The translations under genes were made by a program, and so were the position numbers. 59,788 bases of DNA from Vitrella brassicaformis CCMP3155 (lineage: Eukaryota > Protista > Chromerida), in the NCBI GenBank assembly GCA_001179505.1, contig CDMY01000519.1:1-59788 (forward strand). The letters run 5' to 3'. Shown piece by piece: positions 37,486 through 52,000 of this stretch. Under the pieces are notes generated by a model, which saw only the letters and a list, made by a program, of their open reading frames with translations, made no database searches and was not told the origin of the DNA. How positions within the stretch are numbered: position 1 is the first letter of the stretch; every line of letters begins with the position of its first letter.

Positions 37486-39621
37486 ATGTCTTTTCGCTGG
37501 TTCGTGTGTTTGCGATAGTAAAATAGCAGAGATTGAGGCCGAGATGGCGCGAACGCAAAAGAACAAGGCCACCAACTATCATCTCGGTCTGCTCAAGGCA
37601 AAGCTGGCCAAACTGAAGCAGCAGCTAGTAGGTCATGGTTGGTCCCGTCATCATTCATTGTGTGGAACTGTGTGTTGTGATGGTTTGCAGATATCCGGCA
37701 GTTCAGGCAAGGGAGGTGGCGGTGGCACTGATGGTTTTGATGTGACCAAGACAGGCGACGCTCGAGTAGGCCTCGTCGGGTTTCCATCCGTAGGGAAGTC
37801 GACTCTCCTCAATAAGCTCACGGGTCACGCTGAGATGGCTGCGTCAGAGGGAAGCATGCGATAATGCGCTGCCACCGTCGTCTTCGTCGTCTTGCAGGCA
37901 CGTATTCTGAGGTGGCGGCCTATGAGTTCACGACCCTTACCTGCGTCCCAGGGGTCTTCAAATACAAGGTAGAGAGCAGCGGGAGCCCGGCTCTGTCATC
38001 TTCAACTCTGCCTCCCTCTTTCCCTCTCCGTCGCAGGGCGCCAAGATACAGTTGCTTGACCTTCCTGGCATCATTGAGGGCGCTAAGGACGGCAAAGGAC
38101 GGGGTCGTCAGGTCATTGGTGTAGCGCGGACATGCAGCCTCATTCTCATCGTGCTGGACGTCATGAAGCCACTCACTCACAAGAGGATCATCGAAAAGGA
38201 GGTGGAGGGGTTTGGCATCCGGCTCAACAAAAAGCCGCCAAACATCACCATCACCAAGAAAGACAAGGGAGGCATCATTATCACCACCACACAGCCACTC
38301 AAGAAGATCGACGATGAGACTATCAAATCGATCTGTCACGAGTAAGAATACCAGCGCCAGTCGGTCTCACCGTGGATGAACATGTGTTGTGTCACCGTGC
38401 CACAGGTACAGGTGAGCGAGCGACCGACTGTGAGACGCACGCATCGACGGAAGGCATGTAGTCGTGTGACAAGCCTTGTCCACTTCTCTGAGCTGTAGAA
38501 TTGGCCACCTCAATGCGTGTGTGTGAATGCAGGATATCGAATGCCCAGATACAGATCCGTTGTCAGGCGACGGCAGACGACCTGATCGACGTCATAGAAG
38601 GGAACCGCGTCTATGTCCCGTGCATATACGTGCTCAATAAGATCGACCAGATCACTATCGAGGGTATGTATGTACGGACGTATGTATGTGTGCATGCACA
38701 CAGGGGCCTCTGAGAGAGAGAGAGAGAGAGAGACCCGTTGCACCACATCCCCGCTTCGGGAGCTTCTTGCTTGTTGGTTGCTGCAGAGCTGGACATATTA
38801 TCCAAGTGCCCACACTACGTGCCCATATCTGCGCACCATGAGTGGAATTTGGATGGGCTGATTGAGAAGATATGGCAGTACCTCGACCTCGTCCGCATCT
38901 ACACAAAACCGAAGGTACGAGTTGGGATGGGAACGGGAGACGCCACATGGCAGGCAGACAGGCAGGCAGCGTGGACGGACGGACGGACGGACGGACGGAC
39001 GGACACTTAAGTGCCTTGCGATTGATATCCCTTCTGTGTGTGTGTGCCCCACGTTACACATACGAATACATACTTACAGGGTCAGATTCCCGACTACAAC
39101 GCACCTGTCATTCTGAAAAGTGCTGAGACCAGAGTCGAGCACTTCTGCCTCCGAATCCACAAGACACTCCTCGCGCAGTTCAAACATGCTCTTGTGTGGG
39201 GCAAGTCGGTGAAACACAACCCACAAAAGGTCAGCTGCCTCAGCCAAAAGCAAACATCTATAGTTCATGATTCATGTACGTATGTGCTCACGGCTTCCTT
39301 CCCTTGGCCACTGCCCTGATGTGCTTGATGTGCATTAATGAATGGCAATGCAGGTCGGCAAGGAGCATGTCCTTCAGGTCAGTGAGTCTGCCACTAATTT
39401 CCGTCCGCTGTGTGTCAGCGGTTCATTCCTTGGCTTGGGTGCGTACACGTGTGGCTGTGTGTGCGTAGGACGAGGACGTTGTCCAGGTACATGTGGCCGA
39501 GGGCGAGAGGGGGCTTAGCCTGCCAAAACGCCATGCCGACCGATGTGTTAGAGTCTCTTCCCTCCTGCGTGTTGTGTTGGCCTGGCTGGCCTTTCGGTTG
39601 ATGCAGATCATCAAGAGATGA
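37440..39621 (+). CDS. DRG1: Developmentally regulated GTP-binding protein 1 (DRG1/Rbg1)
   Basis: MSLLS|[72 protein letters not shown] domain ending [18 protein letters not shown]. Confidence 0.96.
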
Positions 39622-40179
39622 ATGCCACATGGCGTGTCTGTCGAGTCAGTCGATCGAGTGGCGAGCAAGACAAGACACGCATAGGTGTGTATTTGTGCTT
39701 TGTGGGTTGGTTGGTTGGGTGGGTGGGTCACTCACTCACTGACTTACAGACTCGACTGACTTGTACAGCCGCGTGTACATGCATGGCATAGAGGCGAATC
39801 GATGTTCATGGATAAAGTATACGTTGACCAATCCAACAACAAATGCACACAACACAACACGAGTGAATGAATGAATGTGTCATAAAGGATGGCTGTCGAT
39901 AGATAGCAGTCTGTATAGCTAGCTGGCTGTCGACCTGGCTCTCTCTTTGCCTGCCTGCCTGCCTATCTGTCACTTGAGTCAGGCAGGGGTGGTTCGTTTG
40001 GTTCGTGTCGGTCTTTTGGTCTGTCTGTCCGAGCATGCCATGCATCCATCGATCGATCAACAACACACATGTACTATACATTCCGTTCATTCATTCACTC
40101 AGTACTGCCTGCCTGCCTGCCCTTGCCTGCACCCACTCATTCACGCCCCGCCCCACCCCGCTCACCCATGCGCTACACC

Positions 40180-41545
40180 TTAGTGCGACTGCCTCGCGCG
40201 TTGTCGGAGGTACATGACGATGTCGTGAAACAGATCCTTCTCGTCCACACTGTTGAACCGCTGGATACATACATCCAGCCATCCAGCCAGCCAGCCACAG
40301 GGACACAGAAGACTCACATACATGAATGACATCATCGACTGGTGCTCGTCATCACGCAAGCTGGCTTCCCTCAACGGACTGGTGGTTTGTTTGGGCCCCA
40401 CCCTTTGCTTTGCTTACCAAGGGTATGCAGTTGCCCGACTCTTCCAGGTGAATGGCAAGAGACCTGACGGTCATGACGCACACCACACCATATGGACGAC
40501 ACAATGCCGTGCCATCACTCCCACATTAGATAGATACATACGCTCGTACACACTACAAACGCCATTGCATTGCTTGTCTCAATTCGGCTGCCCCGCCTGG
40601 CTGGCTGGCGTGGGCGAGCCAGCCAGCCCATCCATTATGTATGTGGCGCCCTGCCCTTAGTGCGTGTGTGTGGACTTGCCTTGGGTCGTCAACGATGCTT
40701 GCCCTTGTTTCTACTCTTTTGAGCTGTCTCGACACCAACAGCGCCTTTATATCACGTATCGCTACCTTACGGGTCTTCTCCTGCACGCACACCACAGCCA
40801 GCACACAGCAGCACGTAGGAAGGACACGCAGCGACCGACCGAAGAGGCCAGACAGACACGAGCAGGGACACCCAGACAGCGGTGGAGGGAGGAGTCAAGT
40901 GAGGGGCAGTGGAGGTGAGAGTGAGTGAGTCATCCACCCATCCATCCCACCTGGAAGGAGATGGTGAAGGTAAGGTCGTCAACGTCGAGGCTCACAGTAC
41001 ACAAAAGGGAGGTGCCGTCCTGCACACACGCACACACACACAGACAGACAGACAGACAGACAGAGGAAGAGAGAGAGTGAGAGTGGCGATCAGTGTGTCC
41101 CGTCCTCCGTCCTCCCGAGATTGACTGTTTGACTGGCTGGGGCTGGTTGGTTGGTTGGTTGCCTGACCTGCAGGATGACGGTGACTCTGAGCCCATCCTG
41201 CAGCTTCCGTTGGAAGGCTTCGAGCTCAGGGGTGAAGGCAGCCGCCTCTGCCCCCTCACCAGGGCCGCCTGTCGGAGACCCATTCATCCTGAACAATCAA
41301 CCAACGAACCAACCAACCAAAACATGAACCAATTGAGTGAATCACACACATACGTGCACAGAGGACGGACAGACAGACAGACAGACAGACAAGGGGAGGA
41401 CAGGACGTGACGTTTCATTGAGCCCGCCTGCCCGCCTGCCTGCCTGCCTCGCGAGCGAGCGAGCGAGCGAGCCTGGCTGCCCTTCCCTCCCTCGACCTCT
41501 CCTTCTCATGTATGTTACCTACCCATTGGTAGCCTGCACCATCAT
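40180..41545 (-). CDS. ISP (inner membrane complex sub-compartment protein)-family PH-fold protein
   Basis: FQRKLQDGLRVTVILQ|DGTSLLCTVSL..|RKVAIRDIKALLVSRQLKRVETRASIVDDPR|SLAIHLEESGNCIPL|RFNSVDEKDLF, resembling the apicomplexan ISP C-domain. Start is tentative. Confidence 0.75.
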
Positions 41546-42320
41546 AAAGTCACACACAGGACAACAGAGGGTAGCTAGCCTATTGCCTTGCCTTAAGGGC
41601 GCCTGTCTGTGCAAGTAGGTCTGTACTGATGCTCACGTGGTGGCTGCCTTGCGCCGTTCCGTTGTCCGCATATCCAAAACGGTTCCCTGCAGGCAGGGCA
41701 GGCACCACACGGACGTGCCGCGTCTAGACTTCGTGCAGCTGGCCCGCCCCAGGCAGAGCTGAGCTCGTGACCGATCCGAGTCAGGCGAGCTCTGTTGGTT
41801 GTACTGAATTCTCTCCCTCTCCCTCTGTCTGTCTGTCTGTCTGTGTGTTACCCACCCACCCTGTGTGTCATTGGGCGGCAGGAATACGCGGTCCCTGTTC
41901 TGACCCACGTCGGTCGGCTCGACCTGACCCGCCACCAACACCAACAGAAGACCCTCATAAGCCATTCACTGGATGCCCTTTCGTCCTCCCTCTGTGCCCC
42001 CACACCCACCGCACCGAGCAACATGAAGACAGATTCCCTGCACGCACACCCACACAGCAGAGGCCACCAAAGCATGCCGATAATGAACCAACCGTCAGTC
42101 ATGGCTTTCGTGCCATTTCTCTCCTTTGCTTCCCGTATGTCTTACCCATTCCAACCCCCCTCACAACCGTGCTCCTCCCAATCACCACCCGGCAGCACAA
42201 TGCACCGAACCTGCCTCACCACTCGTCAGCACGGCTCACAATCAAAATCAGTCTCTAGCGCGTTTCGTGCGAGCTTAAGATTGAAGGAGACGCCAAGTTG
42301 AAGAGGCAGAGGCCATCAGT

Positions 42321-45300
42321 ATGAAGGGTGTGCAGCTGAGTGCTGAACAGCTGCGCTGCATAGAAACTGCATCTGCGCTGGCGTTGACGAGTGGCGGCGT
42401 GTGTGAAACTGATGAGGCGGATCAGGAGGACCAAGAGGCTGTCGACGCTGACTACGACCGGTGAGGCCACAGGCGACAAAGATTCATATGCACTGGTTGT
42501 CAGACTGCCTGCACTGCCCCGGGTCCCTCCCTCCTCCCTGATCTTCCAGACATACATACGTGTGACTGTTTGTTGATTTCTCCACCAGGTACTGCCACAT
42601 CAAGACCCGCCTGGAGGGCGCTGGCGCCTCATCTCTCGAGACCCAACCGGTAGGTAGGAAACCAGCCAACCAACCACACATCGCACTGCGGGGTTTGTGT
42701 GTGATGGTGTGTGCTCATGTATAATGCCTGCCTGTCGACCAGCTCAAGTTCTTCAGTTTCTACAAGCACTTGGAGGGGTCCTACTCCCGGCTGCGCGGAT
42801 GGCGCGACAAGAGCCCATGGAGATGGTCCGTACGCAAACGGGCAGGCAGGGAGGGAAGTGTCATGCACCTGCAGTCACTGCACACACAATCAAACAATCA
42901 AGGAACCACACACACACAGCCAGCCAGCCCGACACAGAGAGAGATGCCATGCCTTTCTCCATGGCATGGATGGGACGCCCGATGTGTCTGCTCTGTCTGT
43001 CTGTGTGGTTGTCACATGTTTGGTCACTCCACTCCCTCCGTCGTGCAGGCTGGAGTCGTTTCACGGCTTTTGCGACGATCTGTGTGCCAGGACCAGCGAC
43101 ACCCGGCAGTGTTTGCGCGATCTCGAGTCGCTGCGCAAGGACGTCATCGCCAGGACGGAATCCTTGCACAATGCATGCGATGCCCTGCTGCAGCAAGAAA
43201 CACATGCTAAGGTAGGTAGGTGGGTAAGAAAGGAAGGAAGGAAGGAAGGAAGGGAGGGAGATAGAAGAGGGGGAGGGGGAGGGAGAGCCAGCAAGTGGGT
43301 GGACTGGACTGGACGAGACCAAGCAAGGGAGGGAGGGAGGGAGGGAAGCAGAGATGGAAGCCGGGCACAGGCCAGCCACCCACCCACCCCACCCACATCG
43401 AGAGTAGAGTGTGTGTCCACGTGGATGCATATGTGTCTCTGTGTGTGTGTGTGTCAGTGCGTGTCTGAGGCCATCAAAGTGCGGCTGGACCACTTTGACT
43501 GTGTGGAGCAGATCAGTTGCTTCTTTGACCTGCACCGCCCCGACGACGTGAGGGACCACCTGGCCGCCGGCCGGAGGCCATCTCACGGTGGTGGTTCAGG
43601 GGACACTCTACCCCCACCCCCACCACACACAGCCGTGGAACTGTCCCCACTTGTGTCAACTAGTGCCGAGGGTCCTGCTGCTGACCCCACACCGCAACCC
43701 CAGTCCCACCCCCATGGTGGTCCTGGCAGTGGGCACTACGGTGTGGGTCTGAGCAACCCGGCCTTCCACCCGTCCTTCACCACCATGCTGGACCGCCTCG
43801 ACGATGCTGCACTCTTCCTCGAACAGAGGGGATACGACTACCTAGAGGTAGGTACACAGCTGGCCAGCCAGCCAACCACCCACCCCATCAGCCAGCCAGC
43901 CAGTCAGCCAGCCGGGCCAGCCAGGCCAGGCAGCTGAACAACTTCCTTGACACGTACGTACACATCCATACATTCACATACATACACCTACCTGCACCAC
44001 ACCACCCCCCACCCCACCCTGCCTTACGTACTTACACACACTGCCTGTATCCATGCCAGCCACGCCATTCATTCCATGCACACATACATATGTCTTTGCT
44101 GCCTGCCTGCCACTGTGTGCTGTGCTGTGCCCTGCCCCACCCATGTTACATATCTTGCTCCTGTCTGGCTGTCCTGTCTGTGTGCCTTACATTATTCCAT
44201 CCACCGATCCGTCCGTCCGTCCATGAATCCATCAGGCTCAGCATTGCTCCCGTCAGCTGGACCACTTGAGGTCCCGTGCCTGCACCTTGATACGCTCCGC
44301 TGTCGTGGGGGCTGTCGACAAGTGCGTGGCACAGGTATGTGTAGCGAGAAGCAACCGAGGCGAGGCAAGGCCTGCCTACTTACTGTACTTACCGTACATA
44401 CACACAGCGTGCAGTGAATGCCACAACACCACACAACACCACACAAGACAACGCACAAACAAACACACCACCAGACTGACTGACTATCTTTTGTGTGTGT
44501 GTCCAGGTGGAGAATCAGCTCAAGAGTGCTGCATCCGAGCGCAAACAAATTGAGACGTCGGTCTTCTACGTGCGCTTCAGGTAAATAAATGGGTGACTGA
44601 GTGAGTACTAACTACTCCACACAATCAATGACGGGCAGGGCAGGGGGCTGGATGTGATGTTGGTTGGAGTGAGTGAGTATTGTACAAATACATACAAACA
44701 TCCGGCCCCTCTCTTAATGTGCGTGTGTGTGTGTGTGTGTGTGGTCAGGGCGACGGCCAGCAATGTGAGGCATCTGACGGCGCTGTTGTGCAAGCGGTCC
44801 AATGCTGCCGTTCACGAGACATACACGGCGTACGTACGGGAGGGAGGGATGGATGAGGCACACACGACGTACGCACGCTGACAATATCTGCCCACCTCCA
44901 TGCACTTGCACAACACAGCACATTGAGAGGGGGCAGGGGAGGCCAGCCACGGAGGTGGTGACACACCGACAGGCAGACAGACAGACAGACAGCTAGACGG
45001 ACAATGTGGTGTGCGTGGGCGTACCGGTCGTCGTCGGTATTTGCGTCATCCATCCATCCATCATCAGGTGTCTGGACGGGATCGAAAAGTCCTACGCGGC
45101 AACACGAATTCGCCTCATTACAGACCCCCTCCGCAGACACATACAGGTAACCTGTGTGGGTAGATTAGATACATACGTACACACCTGCACACTCACACAC
45201 ACACGTGCACTGCATTTGTGCGGTGTTTGTTGGTTCAGTCGATATTGAGTCAGTCATTGCCTCGTTCGTTGGCCCCAGCGTTGCGTCAGATCACATCCTA

Positions 45301-48300
45301 CGTCGTGTCGATCGGCCAGCTCGAATACACAACTTTCGAGGCCTTCTTCGAAATCAGACAGCCGCAGGTAAGTAGCTAGCTGAGCATCCGCGCCCCTCCG
45401 GTTGCCTGTCAAGTTTCTGTGCTGTCTGTGTGTGTGTGTGTCGGTCTGTGCGTCGACTGGTGGGCGCGAGCAGGACAGTTTGCGTGAGTTGTTGGAGAGC
45501 ATAGGAGGGCTGTACTATGACCTGCTACGGCCATCCATCCTCGCATGTGACGCGATCGACGAACTCAGGTGGGGGAGCGGAGGGGAGGGGGCCCAACCAA
45601 CGAACGCACCCGCTCACTTCCTTCCTCGTGTGTGCCTATCTATCGTTTGTTCGCTCTCTCTCTCGTGTGCCCTCCTCCCTCCTCCCTCTCCCTCCCTCCC
45701 TGTCATCCTTTTATCCATCCATCGATTGGTATGTATGTGTTACACACTATTTATGAGTGTGTGTCCTGCAGGGAGGTAGCCGAGAGTCTGTCGATGGACG
45801 TGTTGGAGCCCCACAGTCAGTCCCGCAGGGGCGCTGAGCTGGCACCCCTCCTCTCTACCGTCTGCAGACTACACCTGGTCAGTCAGGCAGTCAGTCAGTC
45901 GGGCCCTACGCCTTCCTCCACATAGATGCTCGAATCATTACTGACTCATTCACTGGAGCTCACACGCACTTACTTGGTCGATCTTCCTCCCTCCCTCCCT
46001 CCCTGTCTGTCTGTCTGTCTGTGTGGCTGTGTGTCTGTGTGGCTGCACACACATAGGACGTGCAAGAGCGGCTGATATTCAGGATGGAGACGTACGTCCG
46101 TGACGAGATCGCTGGATTTGTGCCATCGGACCAAGACCTCGACTACCCCAACAGGTAGGCCAGTCAATTCCTTATTCACTTGCACGGGCGGGCGGGCGGG
46201 CGGGATGGCCAGCCGGCCGGCTGAATGCAGTGAGTGCACTCACTCAGCCGTGTCTGTCGTCGGTACCTACTTCAGGCTCCTGCGTGAAGCTGCAAGTGCA
46301 GCAGGGGACGACACCTTGTCTGATTCGGCAGCTGCACCAGCTGCCCTTGCAGAACCGGCCATCACGCACAGAGGTGGGTGGGGGCGGGTGGGCGGGTGGG
46401 GGTGGTTTGGGACAGGGACACCCATGCCATTCATGCGGATGCACCTTTGTGTATGTATGTGGGCCGAGCGGACCTGTCTCTCTGTCTGTCTGTCTGTCAG
46501 GTGTCAGTGGCCCGGGTCGGCCGACGTCCGGTTGGTATCCGACTCTGGAGAGGACTCTGATGTGTTTGTCCAAGATATACCGCATCCTCGAAGCACCAAC
46601 CTTCCAGGAGATCGCCCAGGAGGCCGTCGGCGTATGCCTCGGGTCCTTGCTGCACGCATACAAAGAGATACTTGACAAAAAGGTGGGTGGGCCTGGTCGC
46701 CACGCCGCGAGGGAGGGACAAACCCAACGCTACGCAAAATGGAGGGAATACAGTCAGCCCAGTGCCTGCCTATGGAATCGCTATTTCTTTGTTTGTGTGC
46801 AGGGCGGCCTTGACTCGCTGCTGTTCCTCATCAAACAGCTGCTGATTCTCAGGTTAGCCAGCCTGGTGACGCCAGCCAGCCCGCTGGGGGAGGGAGGGAT
46901 ATGCTATGCTGATCTGATCATAGATAGATAGATATATTCATTGTGTGTGGATGCATCCAATGCACCTATGTATCTATGCGCATCTATGTGTGTCTTGTTG
47001 TGTGTGTGTGTGTGTGTGTGTGTCGGATCTGCCTTCCTGCAGGGAGCAGGTGTCAGCGTTTGAGGTGGATTTGGTCCACCAGGAGCGTACGTTTGACTTT
47101 GCCAACGTGACCAACCAGCTGCTGGACCTCGTGTCGGTCCGCAAGTGGATGAGCTTACACGCCACTTTCTCCCTCGACTCCATCAACAAATACATCGGCA
47201 ACCCCGTCTCCCTACTCAAGGCACTCACTCCACAGCTCCAGGTAAGTACGTAGGGAGGGAGGTATGTCAGACAGATAGACAGTCAGTCAGTGGGGAAGGA
47301 AGGATCAAGGGGACCTAGGGCAGGGCAGCTGCTCTCATCCGTCCGTTTCTCGCTTGTCGTGTGGATGTGAACCCCTGGTTTTTCTCTGTCATGCTGTGCT
47401 GTGCTTTGCTGCAGGAGAATCGCACCGACACGAAGCGTGCGATGGAGGGCGAGCTGAAGCATGCGTGTGAGGCTCTGGTCGCTCACTGCTCTGCCATCAG
47501 TAAGCAAGCCAAAGAGACAAGACAGACAGACAGCTCTGTGGGTGCATACGACATATGTCGGTCGGTGTGCCTATTTGTTACTGCGCTGCGCTGGTGTGGC
47601 TGGCCCTCACTGCTTGATTTAGTTGTGTTGCCGCTGGTCAAGATCATCTCCCAAGTGACGCCAGCCGACCAGCTCACCGGACAAAGTAAGGCAAGGCGGG
47701 AGGGAGCACATTCGCTGCCCTCCTTCCTTGCTCCCTCCATCCCTCCCTCCCTGGCTCCCTGGCTGCCTGGCTGTTTGGTCCGTCGGTCGAACTGTGTCAT
47801 GTCTCGGTGTTTGGTTGGGTGGCTCATTGATTCATTCAGGTGCCAGTAGTTCCAGTTCTTCAAGGCGAGACCAGCCCTTCGCCAGCAAAGGTACACACGC
47901 GAGCCGTCAGTGAGTGAGGGAGTGACGGGTTTGTGTTGTCATTCATCCCGCCTGTCTGTCTGTCTGCCTGGCTGGCTGGGTGGCTGGCTGGGTGTGTGTG
48001 TGTGCATTGATTGCATTGCGTTGGTGTGGTGCGAATGGAATGCAGACAAGTTGCAGTGTGCGGTAGAGGAGTATTTGTCCAACATCGAGAATGAGATCCC
48101 CAAGATCATCACGTCGCTGCACATCTACCTGGGCAGCGGCGCCCCACCATACATGGACGACGGCCGATCCAGTGTGGCAGGCGGATCAGACATCGGCACC
48201 GGTGGTGGTGCTGCCACTGCACGCACCGACGACACTGGTGGGGTGGCACCCCACAGCACAGTGCTGATTCTGCTCAAGCCCATCCAGCTGGCCATTGTCG

Positions 48301-48428
48301 AGAGCGCGCGTCAGTTCGACCACGTGCTGCGGCGGGACTTGCAGCTGTCCGACCAGGAGGTCGACGACATCAAATGGCTACCGCCCCACGAGATCGAGGC
48401 CAAGGTCCTAGCCACCACCGCCACTTGA
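42321..48428 (+). CDS. COG3: Conserved oligomeric Golgi complex subunit 3 (Sec34)
   Basis: [112 protein letters not shown]. Confidence 0.9.
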
Positions 48429-49098
48429 CCAACCCTACCTACCCACCCGTCGAATCGAATCAATCAAGTCGATGGATCCCTTCATTGTTCTGTACAGAAA
48501 TGGATGGGATGGTGTTACTCACTAGCTACGAACGGCTTGGTGTGAGTAGACTGGAGTGCCTGCCTGCCTGCCTGCCGTCCACGGATGGATGGGCGGATGC
48601 ATGGATGTCAATTCATCGTAGATAGATGGTCCTCCCTGGTGTCGGACAGGACAGCACACATTACATTACATGAAGCAAGCCATTTGAGTGCATGAACGAG
48701 CGATGAACGAATCATGTCAGTCTCATAGTGGGACGCGGGAAACGGAGCATCTACCCATCGATCCATCTGTCTGTCTGTGCACGTGTGTGAGAGAGCTGGT
48801 CTGCATCCGGGACTACCCTCTCCACACAGGAAGGTGACTTGCCCGCCAGCCACTTACCTACCCAATTAAGTCGACTGACTACTCATTCATCTCGCAGCCA
48901 ACCCACCAGCCAGCCAGCCAGCCACCATACATAAAAACGCACACACGGATGGAGACAACCTGTTTTCGTTCGCCCTACTCACTCGGCTACCCATCCCCGG
49001 CTGGTCTTTTCATTTCACCGCATCCATCCCTCGATCTAACTACCCAGCCGTCCGCCAACACTCACAGGCAGGGGCTCGCCCGCCCGCCCCTCAACGAG

Positions 49099-52000
49099 TC
49101 AGTCTGAGTTGACGGCTGTGGCGAGCAGCTTGCCGCCTCCCTGCTCTAGCCTCTCCGTCAGCCTCCCCTTGGCAGCCAGAATCAAACCCAGAAACACTGG
49201 CGATGGCGACATTGGCCTGCAGGAACCAACCACACACACACAACAACCAACCAAGCAGAGAGGAGACATGGACGGCGATCGTCCTGCCAGCCAGCCAGCC
49301 AGCCCAGGGCGGGGAGGTGGTGTGCTCAGGTACCTGGATTTGAATTCCGGGTGGAACTGTGTGCACACGAAGTAGGGATGGTCGGGAATCTCACCTATCT
49401 GCACCACACATCGCATACATACGCATAGATGACACACATACATATTCACTACCATCAAACCTCACGTGAGCCCCGCCCATCCGCCCGCCCCGGCAGCGTG
49501 CGTACGGTACCTCCATTCTCTGTCCGTCCTGGTCGTGTCCCGTGAAGATGAAGCCCTTGGACTCCAACGCTGCCACCATCGCTGGATTCACCTCATACCT
49601 CACCAAACACACACACACATTCAGCCAGCCAAAGCAAGCCACCAAATAAATGCAATGCGTACCTACCGTAAACTAACACTCCCTCCCTCCCTCCCACTCA
49701 AGTAAGGACATGTATGTGTGTTATATACATACCTGTGTCTGTGTCGTTCGTGAATAGTGTGCTGGTGATCGTACAGCTTGAAGGCCAAAGACGACGGGTC
49801 CCTGCACACACACCCAATGCCTCCGTGTCATTCGTGTGTACGTCATGTCTGTCTAGTGGTGGGCGCGTATGTCATACGATACGCGATGCGATGCGATGGA
49901 TGCCATGCATACTTGATGATGGTTGGTCTGGTTCCCAGCCTCATGGTGCCTCCCATGTGCGTCTGGGACACCTCAGGCATGAACACCACCACTAATCAAT
50001 CGCACACACACAGCCGGGGGGGGGGGGGGGGGGGNNNNNNNNNNNNNNNNNNNNNNNNNNNNNNNNNNNNNNNNNNNNNNNNNNNNNNNNNNNNNNNNNN
50101 NNNNNNNNNNNNNNNNNNNNNNNNNNNNNNNNNNNNNNNNNNNNNNNNNNNNNNNNNNNNNNNNNNNNNNNNNNNNNNNNNNNNNNNNNNNNNNNNNNNN
50201 NNNNNNNNNNNNNNNNNNNNNNNNNNNNNNNNNNNNNNNNNNNNNNNNNNNNNNNNNNNNNNNNNNNNNNNNNNNNNNNNNNNNNNNNNNNNNNNNNNNN
50301 NNNNNNNNNNNNNNNNNNNNNNNNNNNNNNNNNNGCAGACAGACAGACAGACAGACGGACTGAAGGCGCTCAGCAAATGAGCGAGTGAGTGATCCATAGC
50401 TATCTATGTCCGATGTGGTTGGTTGATCGGGTAGGCCATCGTTAGGTAGGTAAGTACCTTTTTGTGTGGTGTCTTTGTCGAACTCTTCAGAGTTGGCATT
50501 GTCCATCTGCAGCACCTCCCTGCATTCCATTCACACACACACACACGTCCGTACATGCAGTAAGTACATGCTTGCTATGTACCCAAACACACACACGGTT
50601 ACTTACTTATACGCACACGCACCCACTTGTATATACGTGAGGTGAATCCATACATGCGATGCGATGCGCAAATATCATATGTATGCGTGCCGTGCCGTGC
50701 GTGTGATGGTCATTTCCTTCCTCCGCCATCCATCCATCCATGCATCTGACTGACAGACTGACCTTGCGAATTCGATGACGGCGGTTTGCAGGCCCAAGCA
50801 AATGCCGAGGTAAGGCTTGCCATCTGTGTAGTGTATGATAGATTGATACGATACACAGCACGCAGAACGAACGCACACCAATGCATTCATTATTGGATGC
50901 AGGCAGGAAGGGAGGACAGACAGAGGGTGGGGTGGCAAGTAAGTCACATAAATACATGCATGTCCTTGCCGCCCTTTTCTGTTGTGAATGGTATGCATAC
51001 GTCAAGTTAGTTAGTTCACTTACTTTGTCTGCAGAATCGTGCTGACAGTGCCTTTCCCTCGATGCCACGGTCACCAAAACCTCCTGATTGATTGATATAT
51101 GACAGACAACCCACCCACCAACACACACGCAACCCCCGCCCACACCACAAGGTGTGTGTTATCATTTGCTTTGCCGTGTCGTTTGTTAGTTATGTGTGCA
51201 GGTAGTACCGTAGTACCTACCTGGACAGAGGACCCCCTCGACGGCCTGTATTTTCCTCCACGCCTCATCGTACTTGTCGGCACACTCATGCTGCATCTAC
51301 ACACCCATGGACACACACACACACACAGACTCAGAGGCATGAGAGAGACGCAAACACCACACAGACACAGGTGCTCGTGTGCAGTGCACGCACCCCCTCC
51401 TTGCCCGGCTGCCCTCTCTGACGGTAGCCGTATATGTGGGTGTGGGTGTATTCTATCGACCTCCGTCCGTCGGTACCTGCGGCTCTAGATCTGTGGATTC
51501 GATCCAGCAGATGTCGACCTTGAGGCCCGCCTCAGTGGCCGCATGATTGAGGGCTTTGATGACCGACAGGTACGAATCCGACAACCCCGTGTACTTGCCA
51601 ACCACACCTATTGTGACCTGCAGAGGTCCCACAACCAACGGATGGATGGATGGACAAACAACATACACACCACCTCACATGAGGCCGACCAACGGACGAA
51701 CGGACCCCCTCCCTCCCTGCCTGCCTGCCTGTCTTGCACTCCCTACAACCCACCGTACGTACGGACCGTTTCCTCAATGGCGTCGACTCGTTGGGCCATT
51801 TTGGCCCAGTTGGCCAGGTTGTAGGGCACCATGAGGTGCCGATTCTTGGCCAAAGGACTCAGCGGACGGGGGTGCAAATGCAGACGCTGCAGTGCACACG
51901 CACAACCACCACATGTTTACACAATACTTAACTGCCTGTCACGCACAAGAAATCTGCTCTCCCTCTGCGTGTGTGTGAGAGCGTACGTCGCATATGAGTG

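Noticed and set aside
27900-38400. Bacterial contamination or an HGT island
   Set aside because: It holds eukaryote-specific RRP12 and spliceosomal introns, and AFG2 and DRG1 cross its borders in frame.
50016-50034. G-runs before both gaps as functional G-quadruplexes
   Set aside because: Run length cannot be trusted at a contig end; they more likely caused the sequencing dropout.
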